Assembly (NCBI GenBank): GCA_022813865.1
Contig: JALDZX010000055.1
Coordinates: 62,001 to 126,000, forward strand
Length of the DNA: 64,000 nt
Source of the DNA: Xylographa opegraphella
Lineage: Eukaryota
Direction: 5' to 3'
Positions 36,701 to 47,497 of the stretch are shown piece after piece. Both the position numbers and the translations under genes were made by a program. Each line of letters begins with the position of its first letter. Positions within the stretch are counted from its first letter, which is position 1. The notes beneath the pieces were generated by a model that saw only the letters and a list, made by a program, of their open reading frames with translations, was not told where the DNA came from and did no database searches.

Positions 36701-37700
36701 TGTAGCGACTGTCACAACAGAGTCCATCAACGAGACTCCGGGATTAGGTGTTCATGGCACTTTCAAGTTCGATTCGACATTCGATGGCAAGGCTGTTCTC
36801 TACGAATCAGCGCTCGGGTCCGAAACGCTGATATCCCAGTTAGAGCCACCGCCAACGCTATCTTACTTCACTTCCCAAACTCTCTCACAGTGGAAGACCC
36901 AGGCCAAGTCCGTCGCAATCCTGGCTACACGACGTATTACGGCTTCTCCCGAGGTTCAGGCAGCCGGTACCAGCACCGAAGCGCCGCCATGGACGATCGC
37001 CGCTGTGTTTGCTACGACAGACCCCGTCCGACAGACCGCAGGGCCTACAGTCCAAGTCTTGCAAGCTCGCGGAATAGCCGTGTATATGTTATCCGGCGAC
37101 AACCAAACGACCGCTCTCGCCGTTGCCTCCTCGCTCGGCATTCCCGCCGCAAACGTCTTCGCCGGCGTCCTCCCCGCCCAGAAAGCGGAAAAGATCGAAT
37201 GGCTGCAGAGCCACGCCCCCAGACGCGCATCCGCCAGCAAATGGCTCCGCCGCCTCGGCCTCAAGGCCCAGCGCCCCCCAAGCCACAAAGCAAAAATCGG
37301 CTTCGTCGGCGACGGCATCAACGACACTCCCGCTCTGCACGCCGCCGACGTCTCCGTCTCCCTGTCCAGCGGCTCTCCCATCGCCATGTCCTCCTCGGCC
37401 TTCATCCTCCTCACCCCCTCGCTGCTCACCATTCCCCTCCTGCTCGACCTCTCCGCCCGCGTCTTCCGCCGCATCCAGTTCAATTTCGCCTGGGCCCTCG
37501 CCTACAACGTCGTGCTCGTCCCCGTCGCGGCTGGGGTGCTCTTCGAGGTTGCAGGCGGCGGCTGGAGGCTCGGCCCCGTGTGGGCGAGCGCCGCTATGGC
37601 GCTGAGTAGCGTGAGTGTCGTGACTAGTAGTTTGGCGTTGAGGTGGGAGGGCGGTTGGAGGCTTTGGCAGCGGAAGGCAGGTGGGGATGGGCCCGCGTGA
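33774..37700 (+). CDS. P1B-type Cu(I)-exporting ATPase, CrpA-like (copper resistance), intronless
   Basis: Metal-binding motifs NIHCASC, GMTCASC, GMTCVAC and GMFCSHC; LTGES; transmembrane CPC; DKTGT; SSHP; GDGIND; YN and MALSS Cu-ligand motifs. Confidence 0.93.
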   Translation: MDAADEEAHSMKVSEPANRKTAASAVILSRANHSFATTVLVNNIHCASCVTHIEEVLAAISIPTAKVSISVINQEILVWHASPTDASVICEALLEAAFEVHSVSTVDESGRIVYELNLPIKPEGWIESAADVWKQTPSKKSRPKDSMSMAKRSMTKKHLDNCTACREEAARSLGDQEKHTSYSEAHKSVERKGSSTIPLWRTEDKQSQNSSATEVHHTGANNSPSNIERMEDVSTSSGLKISSKNDIYALALSIGGMTCASCTGAIKHALEDLDYVKSADVDLLTNSARVKFSGDKSNADLIVRVVEDIGYDAEIFSCEASASSHDDKNRRLGDLTIYRATLSIAGMTCVACPNAITRGLWELPFMKSVNITLMTGGGEVTFEGEENLEKIIEKIDDTGYDVSVVESSRVEPLQDLKTDSCPASRTLQIKVEGMFCSHCPDRVVEVLQSTFPCKVVVDKRPTLKDPVLRITYEPRPSEFTIRDIVSCIDSSNDLFRTTVYHPPSMEDRSRDMQIHERNRMLKRLLLSFLTAIPTLLIGVVWMSLVPSSNQIRLFFEQPFWSGNATRAEWALFILATPVMFFAADVFHIRAIKEIRALWRKGSKVPIFQRFYRFGSMNLLISAGTSVAYVASLGLLISDATAKTGKSDTSTYFDTVVFLTFFILIGRNLEAYSKSKTGDAVAMLGRLKPQEALLVNISAAHENPSEKDNTTTQPTRTETINADLLEIGDVVIVPHGSSPPADGTIVSGLARFDESSLTGESRTVHKGPGETVYVGTINTGDPITVEITETGGTSMLDQIVSVVREGQTKRAPVERIADVLTGYFVPVITALAIMTFFVWFAIGQSGSLNPKYLDGQAGGWAFWSLEFAIAVFVVACPCGIGLAAPTALFVGGGLAAKHGILVRGGGEAFQEAGGLDAIVFDKTGTLTEGGALKVTDHEMLVPDPEDAKHTWSIIRSLEEQSSHPIARAVLELASTKIVATVTTESINETPGLGVHGTFKFDSTFDGKAVLYESALGSETLISQLEPPPTLSYFTSQTLSQWKTQAKSVAILATRRITASPEVQAAGTSTEAPPWTIAAVFATTDPVRQTAGPTVQVLQARGIAVYMLSGDNQTTALAVASSLGIPAANVFAGVLPAQKAEKIEWLQSHAPRRASASKWLRRLGLKAQRPPSHKAKIGFVGDGINDTPALHAADVSVSLSSGSPIAMSSSAFILLTPSLLTIPLLLDLSARVFRRIQFNFAWALAYNVVLVPVAAGVLFEVAGGGWRLGPVWASAAMALSSVSVVTSSLALRWEGGWRLWQRKAGGDGPA

Positions 37701-38054
37701 TGGTGAGTGAAGCGGCGAGGACGGTATGCGTGGTCGGTTATGCTTATGGGGATGCGGGACAGGGAAAAGAAATGCGGAGTTTCTTGGGGATATGTATTGT
37801 AGGACTTGTTAGGCGTATCAAGGACGTTTAATACTGCGGTCTGGGGTCTCCGGGGGCTTGGTTCTCCGCTGTGCCGCGAACGGGGTATATCACTCCTGCA
37901 CTTCTCCGGGAGTTACATGTAGATATGCCATGCCATGCCGTGGAGGGTAGAGTCCTTACCACCCCCACTACGCAAATATATATACATATGTATACAAGAA
38001 TGAGGTTTAAAGTACGCAAAACATCTGCACCCTCCCTCCCTCCCGTCCCACCGC

Positions 38055-40215
38055 TCACGGCTCCCCCCAGATCTCCGCCACCTTCGCCCCCACCGCTTTG
38101 CCGATTTTCCTCGGGCCCACAAACCCCCCGGCGACCTTCCACACCAGCTCCCTCCTGCGCTTCGCTCTCGCCTCGGCATCCATCGCGAGGCCCAAGTCGG
38201 CGCCCCGGGCGTACCCTTGGAGGGCTTCTACGAACGCGCATGGGGTCTGCCAGTGCCGCTGGATCTCGACGGCCTTGTCGCCGGTGATACCGCGGGTGCA
38301 CATGAGCATCTTGAGGAAGACGTCGCGGAGGGTGAGGGAGTCGGATTTGGAGACGAGGGAGGCGAAGGAGGCGTAGGTGATGTGGTGCGGGGTCGGGAGG
38401 GAGGAGAGGAGGGGGAGGTAGGTGGTTGGGGAGAGGGCGGGGGAGGGGATGAGGAGGAGGGGTTTCGACTGGTGGATGTTAGTGCCCAATGCCGGTGGGA
38501 GATGAAGATCAGCAAGACTCACCTCGTACAGCGTCTTCAGCAACATTGTCATGCGCGCGAGGTAGCGGATCGTGTCGTCCAGCTGGCGTGTCCTCTTTAC
38601 GAAATATCCATTGACAACCTGCGTGGAGCTGATGGCCGACCTGACGTGCTCGTGGTGGTTCTGCGTATTGTCTGAATTCATTGCGAAATCTTCAATCACG
38701 TAGATGACGTTCTTGATCCCCGACTTGTGCATTCGGAACTTTTGCTCGAGGAAGCGGCCGTCCTTGATACTGCTGATCAAGTCGTCGAGTCGTTTACGCT
38801 CGACAATCCAGTCGAGGATCACTTCGTCGCCCTCTTCCCCTAGGCGTGGTAACAGCTGCGGATCCTTACACTTTGCGACCCATAAGGCATCTCCAAGATC
38901 CAGAGGCCGGACGATGGGCTGTATCTTACGAATACGCAGTTCTTCCTGGATATAGTCTCGATCAGTCTTGGTGCGAACCTCTCGGTTGTCTAGAACAAGC
39001 TCCACGGTGAAAGTGCCAGGCGCTACACGTAGCGGTTGGAAAGGTAGCGTACTATCTGGATATGCATTTGGCTTCGATCGTGTAGCTGCATGACTGACAA
39101 TAGGCTTTTGCCCCCTCCGCAATGAGGTATCGTGGACGTCTGTACCGCTACCCGCCCAGGCTCGAGATTGACGACTGCGGCCATTTTCGGGGCTTGAGAG
39201 GAGTTCGAGGAAGTCAGTGCTGCCCGCAGTCTGAGATGGAATCAACGACGGTCGTGATCGTGAGCGGGCCTCGTTGGATGAGGTCCGGCGGGGCATCGCT
39301 ACGGCCAGCTGTCCTTTCGAGGCTTGGTCTTCAAGAGAAGCACGTATCGCTCGCTCAAGTGATGTATCTTCATCGTCATAAACATCTTCAAGGTCCACAA
39401 CGTTATTCAGCGTCCGCTCTGTAGGTTCTACAAGTACGGGCCCATCCGTATGCAAAGCAGGGGGCACAGCATCGCCCGCTGTAGCCTTGATCTTTTTCGC
39501 CACATCCCAGCCCTCTTCGGACAGCCTGTATCTCTTGGTGGGACGGCCCCACTCGTATACCAAGTCTTTGTCCTGCAATGTCTTCATCGAGGCCCATGCC
39601 GTGTAGAACTTTGTCGGGTCGCTTGGTAGTGTGAAGCTGGAGTCGCAGTGTGGTTGGGCATTCTCTATCAGGTGCGGCTTGGTCATACCATCGGACGAGG
39701 CATGCTCCCGAAGAGCTGACAAGGCAAGCACTATGGCATAGGCACCGGATCGTAGAGCTGGAATGTATGGTTTGGGTTTTCTTGCTTTCTTCGCAGGCGC
39801 TTCTGGGTTAGCACTCGGATCTGGCTGATCATCGGGCAATGAGCGTTTCTTCTCTGTGACACATCATCAGCATTTTCCTGACAGGACGCCTCAGGCGCAA
39901 CCCACTTTTTCGAGACAGCGTGGGCATTGGTAAGCCATTGTCGGTGCAATGCTCCCGCAGCCTGTCGGTCAGTCTCGCGCAGACCTTAGGACCAAGGCCG
40001 CGCAATGCTTGTGCTTCGTTGGGATGTGTCCAAACAATAGGACATGCTTTCATGGACTCGTAGGCATTTTTATACCTGAGCAGTTCAGTAGGTGGCAACA
40101 AAAAACAAGGCTCAAGATTCCCTCACACGGTAACGCCCTTGGTATTCCGTTGTCGTGCTTCATCGAGAAATTCCTTCAGCCATTGCACCAGCAGGGGATT
40201 GGCGCATTCCGCCAT
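38055..40215 (-). CDS. MUS81: Crossover junction endonuclease Mus81, 4 exons
   Basis: N-terminal MAECANPLL..WL, helix-hairpin-helix GLGPK, winged helix YIPALRSGAYA, ERCC4 nuclease LVLDNRE..GDALW..IVERKRLDDL..SIKDGRF.EQK, and C-terminal HhH. Confidence 0.95.
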
Positions 40216-41397
40216 AGCTACTGTTCAAAAGAACCGCCCGAGTAATGAAGGGCAACAAGCAACCATTGACGTAGTGTCATAAGCCGAGCGCCATAGACAT
40301 ATCTCTGGGGAAGTGTTTCACCCAAAGCTTTGGGCCGAGGGAGGCCCGTTTCGCGGCTTTTCATCGTCGGGGGTTCTAGCGCGCGTAGGAACGCGAGCTA
40401 TCCTAGATGATCGTCCGGTCGTTTCACTCACGTGGGCAGTTGGGGAATCTATACTCAGAGCCAAATTGGACGAAACGACTCATACCGTGCTGGCCGTCTA
40501 TCGCCGTGTTGCTCGAGGATAGATTCTGACTCGAGCTCATTGGCTTTCCCATTCCCACCCTGCGCTTTCACGATTGATTCATTCCATATCAGACGTGTGC
40601 CTGTGGGTTACAGCAACAAGTCCGAGTCCATTATCTGTGGACTATAAGATGTATGGCGTTTTTATTGGAGCTCTATCCGCGAAATGTTTGCTATCATCCA
40701 TGATAATAATTATACTCTTGCAGCGTTGAGGATTTTCTGCATCTTCGCTTATCCCGCTTCCCCACAATGTACTCCGTACGGAACGATATTACAAAGCCAT
40801 GAACATGTGGCAGAATAATACAGAGCGTGCTTCCACGGTGCCCAGCTCATCCAGCTATATGTGTTGTTCCGCACTCTCATCATCCAAAGACACGACCAAC
40901 GTCTTTTGAGTCTGAGCCTGTCTCCCAACCAAATAGCGGAGCAGGAGCGCAAGTGAGGGACGGCCCCATCCGGCCTTAGCGGGTGCGGCGCGTGATGACG
41001 TCGCCGAGCGGGATGGCGAAAGTGCTTTTTCCTCACGCATTTAAGCGGGCGCGCAGGCGGGTGCCAGAATCAAGATCGCAGTGAAAGTGCCCTTTGTCTT
41101 GCCCTGAGACACAGCGGACGGGGGGGGCGTGGCTGACCTACCCGCCGCCTCCCACCCCCCCTATTCCATCAACTGCAGCACACCCTCCCTCTGCTTGTTT
41201 TTCGTCACCCCCGTGCCCTCGGCCAGGGCACCAAAAGCTTGGTCGACCTCACCTCCCTCCCTCCCTCCCTCCCTCAACTCCTCTCCTCCCTTCCCCCCCC
41301 CCTCACTCCCCATTTCCCATTCTTTCCAAACTCCTTCATCCACGCACCCTCCATATTGTTCCCATCCCATCTGTGACTCTTACACCACTCAATTGCT

Positions 41398-42080
41398 ATG
41401 TCTACACGCAAGCGAAAGCAGGATGCCGATGAGGAGGAAGAGCTCCAAGCCCTACCCAGCGATGAAAGTGACGAAGAAGAAGAAGAGTGAGCCACCACCT
41501 GTTTGACATCCCCGCGTTGGCCAATGCTTCTCGACATGGTCGAACTGTCTTGCCAGCATCGTGTCGCACCTCAACGCGCTTGGATTGCGCCTTCGGCCAT
41601 TTGGTGGCGCTTGTTCCTTTGAGTTGCCCATCGAACGAGGCTGGTAGCTGAACCGCTTTCCATAGATACCAAGAATCCGATGCGTCCGACGTAGACGAAG
41701 AAGAAGATGACGAGGACGATGACGCTGCCCCTGCCCAAGGTAATTCACAAGAGCGCTGTCGCTGGTTGGAGCTCGAAGCTGATGAGATCGATGTAGCGCC
41801 GCCAGCTGCGAAGAAGCGCAAGACTGCGCCGCAGACCTCCAAGGTCACAAAGGCCGATCCGGAAAACGAAGATGGGGAGGAAGAGCCTGAGGACGAGGAG
41901 GACGATGAGGTAGCTGAACCGCCGGAGGAGGAATACGACGAGGAGGACGGCGAAGGGGAGGATGAGGAGGCAGAGGAAACTGCCAAGACTACTGGGCCTG
42001 CGGCCGCGGCTAAGAAACCCAAGGGCGACGTTGTCCCGAAGGAGGACAATCTCTCCGAGGTAGAAGATGTGGAGGATTGA
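41398..42080 (+). CDS. Small highly acidic protein with basic NLS-like motifs (unknown function); introns 41487-41665 and 41740-41796
   Basis: Spliced translation MSTRKRKQDADEEEELQALPSDESDEEEE/EYQESDASDVDEEEDDEDDDAAPAQ/APPAAKKRKT... Canonical donors and acceptors keep the frame. Confidence 0.75.
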
Positions 42081-42980
42081 CAAAAGTCAGGTCTGACAGC
42101 GACGAAGAGGGCGTCAGGTCAAGGACCCATCTCGAATGCCTTCAAAAGATTTCATCCAATCATCTATCGCTATTTCTCAGCCTTTAGAGTAGGACACACG
42201 TTGACCGAAGCTACCTCTCGCACGCTTCACATCCTTGCCCTCTAGTAATAATGACCCTGATCCACTAACTTGGCAGCAAAAAGTGTTCTGAACTTCCGAG
42301 TGGATGACACACCACATACTCCTTTCGAGCAGATTTGTTGTAGTCCATCTTGGGAGACTCGTCTGCTGCAACATCATTGCACTGACGTAAAGTCGCCGAG
42401 CCCGTCTACCGTCAGCTGAATAACAGCTGACCTTCTCTCGATCCGACATTCTCGTCCCTACTCCTACCACAGACGAAATAAGGTAAGGGTGCTACAGCAG
42501 GGTCAAGAGGGGCAGATTTGTAACAGGGGCACCAATGGGCTGTCCACGCCTCTGATCGCAGCAGCTGAACCTCTCTATTTGATGATCCCCGACTTCGACT
42601 CTGTGTAATCTGATCGCTTGCGGAAACAGAAGAGCAAGATCATCGCCATGAGTTCCGTTCCAGATCCCATTCAGTGCGTGTACGGTAGTCTGCTACTTTT
42701 CTCTCACATCAGCGCGCTTATAGTTGCTGTTGCCCGATGGCGCCTCGCGTGCAATCCCCTGTCATTTTCCTACTCGGATGCTGCCGTTGCCGGCTGAGAG
42801 AAGGCATCTCACGATAGCTGCTCGCGTGAAGTCGGAGACATTCGCCCGTGCCTTACAGACGTATATTGTCCTTCATCCGTTTCGTTTTTCTTCTATCGTT
42901 TCAAAAGAAGTGACCGCGCTGGGGAGCATGATATAGGAAATCAAGAGTGAACTGTACGGAATAGGTTTCGCTGGAAACAC

Positions 42981-45198
42981 ATGGCGCACGTTCAGGGATC
43001 AACGGCATCTCCCGTGGACAAAGTGGGACCAACCACTGTCGCGACGCCGCTCTCCTCCACCTCCCGCGATCTTTCAGAGATACCCGTGGATGTTGAGGAT
43101 GAAGGGCCCGCGGATAGAGCTTCGGTGCTGCAAAAGGACGCCGCGGTGATTGCGCCCAGTGCGACAATCACTGCCGCCACTCGCAAGCCAAACGACATAC
43201 CCGGGGGTGATCCCACCATTGGACAGTTGCACGATACCACCAACGAGAAAGACGAGCACATCGCAGTTGATCCTGCCTACGCAGTGAACTCCGAGAACAC
43301 CTCCGCAGAAGTTGTTGCTGCCAAGGAGAGCGACGATGAAGTTGAAGTCCAAGATGATCGGGACTACCCGAACGGCTTTACCTTGGGGACCTTGACCTTT
43401 GGTTTATGTCTGGCAACCTTCGTAATAGCTCTGGACAACACCATTATCGGTATGTCGTTCCCATCTGAAGACACCTTTGCCGTGCACTGATGTCTCTTAG
43501 CAACCGCCATACCAAAAATTACGACTGTGTTCAACTCCCTCAATGATGTTGGATGGTATGGATCGTCCTATCTGCTGACTACTACATCCCTTCAACCATC
43601 GCTCGGCAAGGTCTATACCTACTTCAACATCAAATGGACATATATTGGAGCTATTGTGGTTTTCGAGATCGGCTCCTTGGTTTGCGCCTTGGCTCAGAAT
43701 TCGGTAATGCTCATTGTGGGCAGAGCCATCGCGGGAGCAGGAGCCGCTGGCCTCTTTTCGGGTGGTATGACAATCATCGGTTATACAGTACCTCTCAAGA
43801 AACGCCCCATCTACATTGCCATGTTGTCCAGCATGTTCGGTATTTTTTGCCCCGTGGAATCCGAAATAAAATAAGAGTATTGGCTAACCTCGAGGTACGA
43901 AGGTATTTCTTCCGTTGTGGGACCCATCCTTGGAGGTGTCCTCACAGATAAGGCTTCGTGGAGATGGTGCTTCTGGTATGCATGTGAACCTCTACAGAGA
44001 TGGATAACGCTGAACGGTATTTCAGGATCAATCTTCCTATTGGTGGCATTGCTGTCGCTACGGTCTTCTTTTTCTTCAAGAATCCTCGCCGCGAAATCAG
44101 TAGTCTTACCTTCCGACAAAAGATTGATCAAATGGACCTCGTGGGTGCTTTCTTTCTGATTTGCGCCATTGTCTGCCTACTGCTCGCCTTGCAGTGGGGA
44201 GGCAGTACGTACGCGTGGAGTAACTCCAAGGTGTGGGGTTGTCTCCTCGGGTTCGTCCTGATCATCTCAATATTCATCACATTGCAATTCAAACGCGGAG
44301 ATCGGTAAGTATTTCATGCTCTGCTACCTTGCCTTCTCTAATTTGGGCAGAGCCACGATTCCTCCTCGAATCATGACCCAGAGGACAGTAGCAGCTGGCA
44401 CCACCTTTTCCGCCTTCCTCTCCATGGGACTTTACGTGTAAGTCACATCCATTTTCATCGGTAGCAGACGCTGACTATCTGGTAGACATATTTTCTTCCT
44501 TCCATTTTATTTCCAAGCTGTCAAAGGTACTACAGCAGAAGGCTCTGGCATCAGAACCATCCCTTATCTGGTCAGCATCACCATTGCTTCCATCGTTATT
44601 GGCGGTAGTATCACCTCGTTCGGGTGGTATGTACCTTTCATGTGGTTCGGGGCCGCGGTTTTCACCGTCGGAGCCGGCTTGCTGTACACATTAAAGGTCA
44701 ACTCTGGGGCTGGGATGTGGATTGGCTACCAGATCCTGACCGGAATCGGTGCTGGTGCGAGTGTGCAGATTCCGTTCATTTCTGTTCAGGTTGTCCTGAA
44801 CGCGAAGGACATGCCGACCGGGAGTGAGTTCCCCAATGTACGCACTGCGATAGTGGTCTCTAATCTTCCTAGACGCTTTAACCATTTTCTTCAACTCCCT
44901 CGGCGGCGCCTTGGCTATATCCGTAGCGCAGAATATCTTCTCCAACACCCTCGCTCAACAGCTCGTCAAGCTCGCGCCGACCCTCAACCCAGCCACCATC
45001 ATCGCCGCGGGTGCTACGCACGTTGCCGACGTCACTCCGCCCGCGCAGCTGCCCGCCGTGCTGCAGGCCTACAACATCGCTGTTACCAGAACGTACACTC
45101 TCTCGATTGCCACCGGGTGTATCGCTTTCATCTGCAGTCTGTTCATGGAGTGGAAGAGTGTCAAGGGTAAGAAGTTGTCTATGGGTGGCGCTGCTTAG
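42981..45198 (+). CDS. MFS drug:H+ antiporter-2 (14-TMS, AflT/ToxA-like), multi-exon
   Basis: [60 protein letters not shown] and [12 protein letters not shown]. Confidence 0.93.
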
Positions 45199-46504
45199 AG
45201 CTTCGCGAGCTGGGATCGTAGTGCTGGAATGCTCTCACTTTTTTGCACAAGCATGGCGAGGCGTTGCTTCTACAGCATCGTTCACCTGTTGGAGTCATAA
45301 CATTCCTCTCGGTTCCCTTAGTATACAGGGCTTTGCATGTACAGATTTACTGTTTTTAATGGATCGGGACGTCACCGCCACGCCACGGTGGACATGCTCT
45401 TCCGAGGCGAAATCTGGTATTCTCAGCTAGTACAGAGTATGTTGGATTGTATATAAGCCGGGGACGGGATCCTCCACGGTCTGCTTGTCGAGAACTGTAC
45501 AATGGGCCCTATCGTCCTTCCCGAAGCTGGCTGAGCTATATACACACGGTACGAATCGCTGTTCTATGCATCTTTGGCATTTCGCATAGGGATGGGGGCG
45601 GGGGCCTCACGGCTCGTAATGTATCCTCAGGTCTGGCCACAAAGGTTTGGCGGCCTGTGGGGCTTGATAGATAGGTAGGATAGATAGGACGGAATTGAGT
45701 TCTTCTGTGTACAGAGGTAGTTTGGTCATAATGCAACAGCCATTTATATGTAATTGCGATTGCTTTTGTTGTATAAAAGTCTAATGTTAAAAGTCGACCG
45801 CGAATGCAATATGTGTACTGGTATCTGTTTACGAGAGCTTGGCTGTACGAACATCGATCGCGTGAAGAGCAAAATCTACAGATGAAACTACGTCCGTCCG
45901 GTGAGGAGCATAGCTTATTGCTGAGTTGGGGTATCCCGAGGACTATGCTTCAGCCTTCTCGACTCCTGCCGCGATGCGTAACAGGTCACTTTCCAGGCAG
46001 TCTTTGAGAATTGAGGGTCGGATGTATGATAACAGATGGAAACACCATTATAGACCGGTGGCGGCGTTGTCAGTGTCGTTTGCACGTGCATGGATTGATA
46101 GAATGCTAGAGATAGCATTGTCCCTCAAGCATCTACTAAGATTCATGGCACCGTGAGGTAGCTAAGGTACCATACAGCACGCACAAATCGGGTACATAGA
46201 CTAGACACTAATGGCCCTGAGAAGACGGTGTTGCGCCAAGCTCACTGGCAGCCTTGCCAGAGGTGTTGACCTTCCCGCGCACGAATTCACGCTCCGTCTC
46301 AGGGCCCTGGTGACTTGCTCATCTCCGCGACTGGCTTCGAAGTACATTCACGGTGACGCACACCGTAAATTATCCTCATTTGCGGTGGCGCGCTGTCACC
46401 GAGCTATTTGCTGGGCTTGTGAGCGCAGCAGCAAGCTTTCATCCATCCATCAACATCCTCGAGAGCGATTCTCAAACAATACCCCTGGGTACCGAACAGC
46501 CAAA

Positions 46505-47497
46505 ATGGTCACGTTCACTCTCGATAACGACCGTAAGGTGTCCATTGGTATACTTGAGGGGGTTTTGATGCCGGGCGGTCGTACCTTGCGTCGGTCGAAG
46601 AAAAGAATTTCTGGGAATTCAGTGAGACCGTGACCCCTGTTGTTGACGCTCAGTGTTTTGAGTGGTTCTGATCATGTGGCTGATGTCTTTGAAGGTCCAA
46701 GCAGCGTCTCAGGAGGTTCTGCCCGTGGCACCTCCGCCTGCTCCGAAGGCCGCGTCGCCCATACCAGTGACGGAGCCAGGACCAGCCATCGAGACGGCAC
46801 CTGGATGGACGGCTGAGGAAGACCAGCAGCTACTAGAAGTTCACCGAATTGGGATCGCCTTGGCTGGCAAGCAAGGTATCAAGGAAAGGTACAAGCAACT
46901 TACCAAGAATGATACCGCAAGAGTAAGTGATGTTACCGAGGCAATGGAAGAGAAAGTACCCGGGGCGGAGACGGTCACCGAATGGACCGCGAAAGACGAT
47001 GAGCAAATGGCGAAATTGAAGGAAGAGAAGAAGTCCTTGAAAGAGATTGAGGCTGCTTTGGGCAAGAAAGGTGCCAAAGCGCGGTACAACGAAGTGAACA
47101 AGAATGCGGCCACGGCTGGACATGACACTGATAATGAAGGAGAAGACAAAAGCAACGGGACTTCAATGTCAAACAGCGTCGTCATGACCGATGTTGAGCT
47201 GAAGAGTACCCCGAGTTTCTCCGGGCAGAGCATCAAACCCGTCGTCAGACTTGGAGATGGGGAAGAGTTGAATCATGAAGAAGTAACCCTCAGCATCCTT
47301 CCCTGGCCCTAGTTTACGGCTTGCTGACAATAGAATAGATGATCTACCTCTGCCGCCTGCAGGAATACTTCGAGGCACAGAAATGGGTGAGCGTTGCATC
47401 CAAATTCTTCGATAAGACGGGCAAACGGATTGAAGCCACCGAGCTGAGAGCCAAACTGAGCTGCCTTTGGACAGAGCCTCTCCCGGTGCCCGGGTGA
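46505..47497 (+). CDS. Myb/SANT-like repeat protein (5' exon structure uncertain)
   Basis: Two internal repeats WTAEEDQQLL..GKQGIKERY and WTAKDDEQMAKLKEEKKSLKEIEAALGKKGAKARY. The spliced last exon is KWVSVASKFFDKTGKRI. Confidence 0.65.

Noticed and set aside
6723..40215. A DNA/chromatin-maintenance gene cluster (RNH202, MCM10, TFC6, HIR3, MUS81)
   Set aside because: The genes are interspersed with unrelated housekeeping genes; only the RNH202-MCM10 pair has direct support.
42981..45198. Secondary-metabolite cluster around the toxin-exporter-like MFS gene
   Set aside because: No PKS, NRPS, terpene synthase, tailoring enzyme or Zn2Cys6 regulator nearby.
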